A stretch of 64,000 bases of DNA. Source: an uncultured Holophagales bacterium. Its GTDB lineage: Bacteria > Acidobacteriota > Thermoanaerobaculia > Multivoradales > UBA5704. Under the pieces are notes generated by a model. That model was not told the origin of the DNA. It saw nothing but the letters and a program-made list of their open reading frames with translations, and did no database searches. Every line of letters starts with the position of its first letter. Position 1 is the stretch's first letter. Both the position numbers and the translations under genes were made by a program. The stretch spans positions 416,001-480,000 of the forward strand of contig CAWJGT010000019.1 of NCBI GenBank assembly GCA_963842525.1. The letters run 5' to 3'. Shown here piece by piece: positions 54,582 to 64,000 of this stretch.

Positions 54582-57500
54582 GCGTGACCGACCGTATCTC
54601 GGCGCTGACGCCGGAGCAGCGCGCCCTGTTCGAGCGGCTGCGCCAGCAGCAGAAGCCGAAGGCCCCGGCCGTGCCGCCGCCGCCCCCGATCGTCCGGCGC
54701 GGCCCGAGTCGCCCGAGTCGCCCGGATACCACCTGGCCGCTGTCGTTCGACCAGGAGCGGCTGTGGTTCCTCTACATGCTGAATCCGCAGGATACGGCCT
54801 ACAACATCGACACGGCCAACCGCATCCGCGGCGCGCTCGACTTCGCGGCCCTTAACGGCGCGTTCCAGGAGATCGCGCGGCGGCACGAGATCTGGCGCAC
54901 CGCGTTCCCGGCGGTGGACGGGCGGCCGGTCCAGGTGGTCCTGCCGGAGATCCGCCTGCCCAGCCGGATGGTCGACCTGCGGGCGCTCCCGGAGGATCGG
55001 CGGCTGCCGGCCGCCTTCGAGCTGATGGTGCAGGAGACGCGGATCCCGTTCCGGCTGGAAACCGGTCCGCTGGTCAAGGCCCTGCTGCTGCGCCTGGAGG
55101 ACGAGGACTGCATCTGCCAGCTCACGGTCCACCACATCGTGACCGACTGGGTGACGTTCCAACTCTTCTGGAAGGAGCTGGGGATCCTCTACGAGTCCTA
55201 CCTCGCCGGCCGGCCGTCGCCGCTGCCCGCGCCGGCCGTGCAGTTTGCCGACTACACGGTCTGGCAGCGCGCGTGGATGCGGGACGAGGTCGAGAAGCAC
55301 TATTTGCGGTATTGGGTCGACCGCCTGCGCGACGCCCCGTTGTCGCTCGACCTGCCGACCGACCGGCCGCGCCCGCCGGTCCAGACCAGCCACGGCGACC
55401 GGGCCGCGGTCCGCGTCGAGCGTGCGGCGGAGCTGAAGAGCCTGGCGCGGCGGGAGGGGATGACCCCCTTCATGTCCGTGCTGGCCGTCTACCAGGTCCT
55501 GCTGGCGCGCCAGAGCGGGCAGGACAAGGTCATCGTCGGCTCGCCGAACGCCAACCGCAACCGGCTCGAGATCGAGGAGACCTTCGGCTTCTTCCTGACC
55601 CAGCTCCCCTTCTGCGTCGACCTGTCGGGCGATCCGACCCTGCGCGAGGCGCTGCGGCGGGTGCGCGAGACCGCCCTCGGCGCCTACACCCACCAGGACC
55701 TGCCGTTCGGCAAGCTGGTCGAGGCGCTGCAGCCGGAGCGCGACCTGTCGCGGGCGCCGATCATCCAGGTCGTCCTGCTGCTGCTCGACGGCGCCGTCCT
55801 GTCCCCCCGGCTCGCCGGTCTCGAGCTGGCGCCGGTCGACATCCACGACGACAACGCCCGCTTCGACGTGATGTTCGCCATGTGGGACCACCCCGACCTG
55901 ATCCATGGGTGGTACGAGTACAACAGAGACCTCTGGGACCACACGACGGTGGAGCGCCTGGTGGAGGGCTTCGGCCTGGTGATCGAGGAGCTGCTCGCCG
56001 ATCCGGAGCGCCGGGTCTCGGAGCTGTCGCTGCTCTCCCCGGCGGCGCGCCAGCAGGCGCTGCTCGAATGGAACGACACGACGGAGGGTGTCGGCGCCCC
56101 GGTTCCATGGCTGGTGGCGGCGCGCGCCGCGGAGCGCCCGGACGCGCCGGCTGTCATCGGGGAGGAGACTGAGCTGACCTACGCGGAGCTGGAGCAGCGG
56201 GCCGGCCGCATCGCTCTTCAGCTCCGCCAGATGGGCGTGCGCCGCGGCGACCGGGTCGGCGTCTGCCTCCAGCGTAAGCCGGACCTGCCGGCCGCCCTGC
56301 TCGGCGTCTGGCGGGCGGGCGCCGCCTATCTTCCTCTGGACCCCGGACACCCGGCGGACCGCCTGCGCCTCGTCCTCGCCGACGCCGGGGCCGTGGCCCT
56401 GGTGGCCGACGAGCACGCGCTGGCCGCTCTCGCCGAGGCGGGTGCGCCTCTCGACCTCCCGGTGCTGCGCCTGCCGCTCGGTGCCGATCGGTGCGATCCG
56501 ACCGATCATCGGACCGATCGGACCGATCCGACCGACCTTGCGTACGTGATCTATACCTCGGGCTCGACCGGCCGTCCCAAGGGGGTGGAGGTGACCCACG
56601 GCGCCCTGGCGAATTTCTTCCAGGCCATGGCCTCCCTCCACGGCATCGGACCCGGGGACGCCTGGCTGGCGGTGACGACGATCGCCTTCGACATCGCGGC
56701 CCTGGAAGTGTTCCTGCCGCTGATCTCCGGCGGGCGCGTGCTCCTGGCGAGCCGCGAGACGGCCGGCGACGCCCGGCTCCTCGCCGCCGCGCTGGACGAG
56801 CGCGGCGCCACGGCGCTCCAGGCCACGCCGGCGACCTGGCAGCAGCTCGTGGACACCGGCTGGAAGGGCCGCCCGGGGCTGCTGCGCATCTGCGGCGGCG
56901 AGGCCCTGGGCCGCGACCTTGCCGACCGCCTGTCGGAGATGGACGGAGAGGCGCTCTGGAATCACTACGGGCCGACCGAGACGACGATCTGGTCGGCCGT
57001 CCAGCGGGTGGGAGATGGATGGCGGCGGGGTGCGACCGAGCCGGTCGGCCGTCCGATCGCCAACACCCGGGTCTACGTGCTGGGCGCGGGGCTCCATCCG
57101 GTCCCGCTGGGCGCGGTGGGCGAGGTCTTCCTGGGCGGCGCCGGGGTGGCGCGCGGCTACCTCGGGCAGCCGGCGCTGACCGCCGAGCGCTTCCTCCCCG
57201 ATCCGCTCTCCGGCGCGCCGGGAGACCGTTTTTACCGCACGGGCGACCTCGGGCGCTGGCTCGCCGACGGCCGGCTGGAGTTCCTGGGCCGCACCGACCA
57301 TCAGGTCAAGCTGCGCGGCTTCCGCATCGAGCTGGGAGAGATCGAGGCCGCCCTGCGCCGCCACCCCGCGGTGGCGTCGGCGGCGGTGGTGTTGCAGCAG
57401 CACGCAGGAGACCTCCGCCTGACCGCCTGCGTGGTGGCGGCCGACCCTGCTGCGCCGCCGGACCCCGCGGATCTGCGTGCCTCGTTGCGCGCGGACCTGC

Positions 57501-60500
57501 CGGACTACATGATCCCCACGGCCTGGGCGCTGCTCCCCGGGCTGCCTCTTTCTCCCAGCGGCAAGGTGGACCGCCGGGCGCTGGCCCGCGTCGAGCCGGA
57601 GGTCCAGGCAGGGAGCGGCGCGGCGCCGCGCGGCGCGGTCGAAGAGCTCCTGGCGCAGATCTGGACGCGGGTGCTCGGCGTCGAGCGCGTGGGTGCGGCG
57701 GACGACTTCTTCGCCCTGGGCGGGCAGTCGCTGCTGGCGACCCGGCTGACCTTCTTCGTGCGCGACAACTTCGGGGTCGACCTGCCGGTCCGCGCGGTCT
57801 TCCAGGCCACGACCGTGGCCGCGCAGGCGGAGTTGATCTCCTCCGCGCTGGCCGGCGGCTCGATCCAAAGCCAGGGAGCCGGCCCGATCCGGCTCTTGCC
57901 GAGATCACAGCGCCCGGCCGGCGAGCCTCTCCGGGCCGCAGCTCTCCTTCGCCCAGGAGCGCCTCTGGTTCCTCGACCGCCTGCTGCCGGCGAGCCCGGC
58001 CTACAACCTGGCCGCTGCGCTGCGGCTCGACGGCCCGCTCGACACCGCCGTGCTGGCTACGGCCTTCGACCTCCTCGTCGAGCGGCATGAGACGCTGCGC
58101 ACCCGCTTCCTCGAATCCCCTGAAGGCGATGGCCGGCCGGTGCAGGAGGTGGCGCCGGCCGCTCCCTTCGACCTGCCGGTGATCGACCTCTCGAGCTTCC
58201 CCGGATGCGGAGAAGGAGGCGCGCCATCTGGCGGCGGCCGATGCGATGCAGCCGTTCAACCTCGCAAGCGGGACTCTGCTGCGGGCGACCCTGCTGTGCC
58301 TGGGCCCGGAGCGGCACGTCCTGCTGCTCGCCATCCACCATATCGTCGCGGACGCCTGGTCGCTGGGCGTGCTGGTCGACGACCTGACCGCCCTCTACGC
58401 CGGCCGGCATCTGGAAAAATTGCCGGTGCAGTACGCCGACTATGCCGCCTGGCAGCGCGGCTGGCTCACGGGGGCCGAGCTGGACCGCCAGCTCGCTTTC
58501 TGGCGCGCTCATCTGGCGGACGCGCCGCGCGCCCTGGAGCTGCCTCTGGACCGGCCGCGGCCGGCGGTACAGAGCTATCGCGGCGGCGCCGTCCCGTTCG
58601 CCCTGCCGGCCGAGGCATCCGCCGCGCTCGCCGGCCTCGCGCGCAACGAGGGCGCGACCCTCTACATGGCCCTGCTCGCCGCCTGGGGGGCTCTGCTGTC
58701 GCGCCTCTCGGGGCAGCGGGACCTGGTCCTGGGCACGGCCGTGGCGAACCGCGACCGGCCGGAGCTGGAGCGGCTGATCGGGTTCTTCGTCAACACCCTG
58801 GCGCTGCGCCTCGACCTTGCAGGGGACCTGGGCTTCGCCGGGCTGCTGGCGCGGGTGCGCCGCGTGGTGCTCGACGCCTTCGCGCACCGCGACCTGCCGT
58901 TCGAGAAGCTGGTCGAGGAGCTGCACCCGGCCCGCGACCGCAGCCGCCAGCCGGTCTTCCAGGCGATGCTGACCTTTCAGAACGTGCCGCGCGGTGGGAT
59001 GGACCTCCCCGGGCTCGCGCTACGCCCGCTGGAGGTCGACAGCGAGACGGCGAAGTTCGACCTCACGATGACCCTGGTCGAGGAGGAGGGCCGGATCCTC
59101 GGCCGGCTGGAGTACGCGAGCGACCTGTTCGAGCGCGCCACGGCCGAGCGGATGGCCGGCTATCTCGCCACCCTCCTCGCCGGGATTGTTGGCTCGGCGC
59201 AGGGGAGCGTGGCCGAGCTGCCGCTGCTCTCCGCGGAGGAGCGCCGGCAGGTGCTGGAGACCGGGAGCCGGACGGCGGCGGGCTTCCCGCGCGAGGCGTC
59301 GATCCACGACCTCTTCGCCCAGCAGGCCGCGCGCCATCCGCAGGACGTGGCGGTCGTCTGCGGCGACGAGCGGCTGACCTACGGCGAGCTCGACTTCCGC
59401 GCGACCCGTCTGGCCCGCCGCCTGCGCGCCCTTGGCATCGGCCTCGAAGACCGCGTGGGCCTCTGCGCCGAACGGTCCGTCGACCTGATCGCGGCCCTCC
59501 TCGGCATCCTGCGGGCCGGCGCCGCCTACCTGCCCCTCGATCCCTCGCACCCGCCCGAGCGCCTGGCCTGGATGCTGGAAGACGGTGGGGCGCGGGTCCT
59601 GCTGGCCGACCGCCGCATCGCAGACCTTGCTGCGAACGCCGGTCCTGTGTTCGGGGTCCAGGTGCTGTTCCTCGACGAGCTCGACGTGGTCGACGAGCCG
59701 TCGTCCACGCTCCCCGACGTCTCCGGGGTCCCCGCCGAGGCCCTCGCCTATGTCATGTACACATCCGGCTCGACCGGCACCCCTAAGGGTGTGGCTGTCA
59801 CTCATCGCAATGTCGTGCGCCTGGTGCGCGGGTCCGAGTACGCGGCGATGGGCCCGGAGGAGGTCTGGCTGCAGAACGCGCCGGTGTCGTTCGACGCCGC
59901 GACCCTGGAGGTCTGGGCGCCGCTCCTGAACGGCGGCCGGCTGGTCCTGATGCCGGGCGCACGGACATCGCTCGACGACCTGGCAACGGCGGTCGGCGAG
60001 CACGGCGTGACGTCGCTGTGGCTGACCGCGGGCCTCTTCCACCAGATGGTGGACCACCGGCTGGAGGGGCTGCGCCCGCTGCGCCAGCTCCTCGCCGGAG
60101 GCGACGTGATCGCGCCGGCCCACGCCCGCCGGCTGCTGGAGGCCCTGCCGGACGTGACCCTGGTCAACGGCTACGGGCCGACGGAGGGGACGACCTTCAC
60201 CTGCTGCCATCGGATGACCGGCCCGGAGCAGGTGGGAGCTTCCGTACCCATCGGCCGGCCGATCGCCAACGCACAGGTGTACGTAGTGGACGAGGGGCTG
60301 CGGCCGGTGCCGCCCGGCGTGGTGGGGGAGCTGGTCGCGGGCGGCGAGGGCCTGGCGCGCGGCTATCTGGGACGGCCGGAGCTGACGGCGGAGCGGTTCG
60401 TGCCCGACCCGTTCGCCGGCGGTGGTTCGGAGGGGGAGGGTGAGCCCGGAGGCCGGCTCTACCGCACGGGCGACCGGGTGCGCTGGCTGCCGGACGGCAC

Positions 60501-61161
60501 CCTGGAGTTCCTGGGGCGGGACGACGGACAGCTCAAGATCCGCGGTTTCCGGATCGAGGTCGGGGAGATCGAGGCGGCCCTCGCCCGGCATCCGGCGGTG
60601 CGGCAGGCGGCGGTGCTGGCGCTGGACGACGACCGCCGGGGCGGTCGGGACGGGCGCGAGCTGGCGGCGTACGTCGCGGTGTCCGAGCCGGTGGCCGTGG
60701 CGGCGCTGCAGCGCTTCCTGCGCGAGCGGCTGCCCGACCCCATGGTGCCGTCCTCCTGGTTCCTGATCGACGAGCTGCCGCTCACCCCGAACGGCAAGGT
60801 GGACCGCCGCGTCCTCGCCGCGGCCGGGGGGGAGGCCGCCCGCTCCGGAGTGGAATACGTGGCCCCGCGTAACCCGTTGGAAGAGCACCTGGTCGAGGTC
60901 TGCGCCGAGGTGCTGGGTCTCGACCGGACGCGGGTGGGGGTGCTCGACAACTTTTTCGATCTGGGCGGCCATTCTCTGCTGGCCACCCAGCTCGCGGCGC
61001 AGCTCCGCAAGAAGTGGGGGATCGAGGTCCCGTTGCAGCTCTTGTTCGATACCGCCAACCTGGCCGAGCTCGCGGAGCGGATCACCGAACGCGAGCTCGC
61101 GGAGGTCGACGCCGAGCTGCTGGAGGAGATGCTCGCCGAGCTCGGCAAGACGACCGGTTGA
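54578..61161 (+). CDS. NRPS 2: C-A-T-C-A-T (frameshifts at ~57935 and ~58195)
   Basis: GTGA overlap with the PKS; C domains HHIVTDW and HHIVADAW; two A domains; GGQSL and GGHSL; acidic docking tail. Confidence 0.9.
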
Positions 61162-61175
61162 GGCGGCAGGCGGCG

Positions 61176-64000
61176 GTGGATTCTGTGATAAGCCATCTGG
61201 ATCTCAACGACCGCCTGTCGCGGCTGTCCCTGGAGGAGAAGGCGCTCCTCTTCGAACGGCTGCGCCTCAGGAAGGACGAGGAGCGACGGCATGCCCCGGA
61301 GGCGGCTCTGGAGGCGACCATCCCGCGGCGCTTCCTCTCGGCCGGTACCGCCCCCTCGCCGCCGCTCTCCTTTGCCCAGCAGCGGCTCTGGTTCCTCGAC
61401 CGGCTGGCGCCGGACGATCCGAGCTACAACGTCCCGCTTGCCGCCCGGATCGAAGGGCCGCTCGACATCGGCGCTCTGCGCCGGTCTCTCGACGCGATCG
61501 TCGCCCGCCACGAATCGCTGCGCACCACCTTCGGCGTGGTCGACGGCAGTCCGGTCCAGGTCATCGCTCCCACGCTGTCGTTCCGGCTCCCTGTCATCGA
61601 TCTCGAAGGGCTCGCGGCCGCCGAGACTCACCGCCTCGGTGACGAGCTCATCGCCCGCCCCTTCGACCTCGCCGCCGGCCCGCTGCTGCGGGGCGCGCTG
61701 ATACGGTTGGGACGCGAGCGGCACGTGCTGGTCCTGATCCTCCATCACATCGTCAGCGACGGCTGGTCCCTGGGGATCCTGGTCCGTGAGCTGACGACTC
61801 TCTATCAGGAGGCCCTCCGCGGGTCCGGGGGGGACCTCGCGGCGGCTCTCCCCGAGCTGCCGATCCAGTACGCCGATTTCGCCGTCTGGCAGCGCCAGTG
61901 GCTGAGCGGCGAGCGTCTGGAGGCCCAGCTCGCCGTCTGGAAACGACGGCTGGAAGGCATGCCGCAGGTTCTGCCCCTTCCGACCGACCACCCCCGGCCG
62001 CCGGTGAAGACCTCGTCCGGCGCGACCCGCTGGCTGTCTTCCACCCCGGGTCTCGGCACGCGCCTGCAGGCCGCCGCACGCGAGGAGGGGGTCACCCCCT
62101 TCATGCTCCTGCTCGCGGTCTGGCAGACCCTGCTCCACCGTTACACCGGACAGGAGGACCTCCCGGTCGGCTCCGCGGTGGCCAACCGCAACCGGATCGA
62201 GCTGCAGGGCCTGATCGGCCTTTTCGTCAACACCCTCGTGCTGCGCGGCGATCTCTCCGGCGATCCGCCGTTCCGCGCGCTGTTGGGCCGCCTGCGCGCG
62301 GTGGCCCTGGAGGCGTTCGCGCACCAGGACCTGCCCTTCGAGAAGCTGGTGGAGGAGCTGCGGCCCGAGCGCGATCCGAGCCGCTCTCCGATCTTCCAGG
62401 TCTCGCTCTGCTTGCAGAACACGCCGCCGTCGGGCGCCGACTTCGGGCCGGACGTCCGGCTCGAGGTCGTGGACTACGACCCGGGCCTGGTGAAGTTCGA
62501 TCTGGAGGCGTCGTTCGAGCCCGGTTTGCAGGGCGAGCTGCACGGCGCGCTCACCTACGCCCGGGACCTGTTCGACACCGTAACTGCGGACCGCATGGCG
62601 CGCCACCTGGAGACGCTCCTTGCCGCGGCGCTGGAGGACCGCTCCCGCCGGCTCTCCGAGATGCCGCTCCTCACCACCGAGGAACGGCGGCAGCTCACGG
62701 CGTGGAACCGGACCGGGGCCCGCTGGCCGCACCGCGCCGGGCCGGCGGAGCGGGTCGGGGAGCACGCGGCGGCCCGGCCCGAGGCTGCCGCGGTGGTGGC
62801 GGCCGGGCGTGTCCTCACCTACGGCGAGCTCGACCGCAAGGCGAACCGGCTGGCGCACCTGCTGCGGCGCCTCGGGGCAGGTCCGGAGGTCGCGGTGGGC
62901 GTCCTGCTGCCGCGCTCGCCCGAGCTGGTCGTGGCGGCCCTGGCGGTGGCGCGGGCCGGCGCCGTCTACCTGCCGATCGATCTCGCCTACCCGGAGGAGA
63001 GGATCGCCGGCACCCTCGAGGATGCCCGGGCTCCGGTGGTGCTGACCCTGGAGGAGCTGGCGGAGCGGCACCCGGCGCTCGGTTCCGGCCGGACGGTGCT
63101 GTGCCTGGGTGATTGGATCGAGGAGGAAATGTCGACGGAGTCACCGCAGCCGCTGGGGCATGCGGAGAACCTGGCCTATGTCATCTACACCTCGGGCTCG
63201 ACCGGCCGCCCCAAGGGAGTGGGGGTGCCGCGGTCCGCGCTGGCAAACCTGATCGCCTGGCACCACCGCGATCTGCCGGTCCATCCCGGGGAGCGCTCCA
63301 CCCTCGCCGCCGGTCCGGCCTTCGACGGGGCGATCTGGGAGCTCTGGGCCTTCCTGGCCGCGGGAGCCGAGATCCACGTGCCGGAGGAGGAAGTCCGCCT
63401 TTCACCGCCGCGGCTGGCCGAGTGGCTCGCCCGCCAGCGGATCGCGCACTCGTTCCTGCCGACGCCGCTCGGCGAGGCCTTTCTCGCCGAGCCCGCGGCG
63501 GCCGCGGTCCCGCTACGGCTTCTCTACACGGGCGGCGACCGGCTGCACCGGATCGCGCGTCGCGACCTCGGCTTCTCGGTCGTCAACCTGTACGGCCCCA
63601 GCGAGACCGCGGTGGTGGCCACCTTCGAGGCAGCTTCCGAGCGGGAGCGGCCGGACCGCGACCCCTCCATCGGAATTCCCATCGCCAACGCGCGGGCCTA
63701 CGTGCTCGACTCCCGGCTCCAGCCGCTGCCCGTGGGGGTGCCTGGAGAGCTTTGGGTGGGCGGCGAGACCCTGGCGCGCGGGTACCTCCACCGGCCGGAC
63801 CTCACCGCGGCCGGCTATCGGCCCGACCCGTTCTCCGGTAGAGCGGGGGCGCGCATGTACCGCACCGGCGACCTGGCCCGCCGGCGGCCGGACGGCAAGC
63901 TGGAGGTCCTGGGCCGGATCGACACCCAGGTCAAGGTGCGCGGGCTGCGCATCGAGTTGGGAGAGATCGAGGCCGTGCTGTACGGCCATCCGGCGGTGAG
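61176..64000 (+). CDS. NRPS 3: C-A..., 3'-partial
   Basis: Open frame to the window end (absent from the ORF track because it has no stop); LSFAQQRLWF, HHIVSDGWS, YTSGSTG, YRTGD. Confidence 0.9.
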   Translation, partial: MDSVISHLDLNDRLSRLSLEEKALLFERLRLRKDEERRHAPEAALEATIPRRFLSAGTAPSPPLSFAQQRLWFLDRLAPDDPSYNVPLAARIEGPLDIGALRRSLDAIVARHESLRTTFGVVDGSPVQVIAPTLSFRLPVIDLEGLAAAETHRLGDELIARPFDLAAGPLLRGALIRLGRERHVLVLILHHIVSDGWSLGILVRELTTLYQEALRGSGGDLAAALPELPIQYADFAVWQRQWLSGERLEAQLAVWKRRLEGMPQVLPLPTDHPRPPVKTSSGATRWLSSTPGLGTRLQAAAREEGVTPFMLLLAVWQTLLHRYTGQEDLPVGSAVANRNRIELQGLIGLFVNTLVLRGDLSGDPPFRALLGRLRAVALEAFAHQDLPFEKLVEELRPERDPSRSPIFQVSLCLQNTPPSGADFGPDVRLEVVDYDPGLVKFDLEASFEPGLQGELHGALTYARDLFDTVTADRMARHLETLLAAALEDRSRRLSEMPLLTTEERRQLTAWNRTGARWPHRAGPAERVGEHAAARPEAAAVVAAGRVLTYGELDRKANRLAHLLRRLGAGPEVAVGVLLPRSPELVVAALAVARAGAVYLPIDLAYPEERIAGTLEDARAPVVLTLEELAERHPALGSGRTVLCLGDWIEEEMSTESPQPLGHAENLAYVIYTSGSTGRPKGVGVPRSALANLIAWHHRDLPVHPGERSTLAAGPAFDGAIWELWAFLAAGAEIHVPEEEVRLSPPRLAEWLARQRIAHSFLPTPLGEAFLAEPAAAAVPLRLLYTGGDRLHRIARRDLGFSVVNLYGPSETAVVATFEAASERERPDRDPSIGIPIANARAYVLDSRLQPLPVGVPGELWVGGETLARGYLHRPDLTAAGYRPDPFSGRAGARMYRTGDLARRRPDGKLEVLGRIDTQVKVRGLRIELGEIEAVLYGHPAV

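Overview
High-GC bacterial window. Gene content suggests Acidobacteriota/Thermoanaerobaculia, which is an inference only. 1-10.9 kb is an accessory patch bracketed by two copies of a small membrane-protein gene. It holds an eroded integron-integrase (IntI) 3' end pointing TOWARD a low-GC cassette array (reverse-orientation integron: candidate attI, 3 clear attC sites and 1 degenerate one), a Y1/HUH transposase-like gene, a 20/20/21-bp palindromic repeat array, argR, a HigBA-like toxin-antitoxin pair and a group IIC intron 3' remnant. 11-32.6 kb holds YbjQ, an IPT/TIG membrane protein, YndJ/DUF1990, an Rhs toxin with a PD-(D/E)xK-like tip plus a candidate immunity gene, two pilT, an M28 peptidase, two ABC/AAA-ATPase(+TOPRIM-like) loci, truA, an esterase and a 42-bp-period double-hairpin array. 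32.9-64 kb is the start of a large lipopeptide FAAL-NRPS/PKS cluster that runs off the window. The cluster has an A-less module, an atypical AT with a dead KR, and REP-like palindromes inserted in frame. Several single-base frameshifts look like assembly indels.
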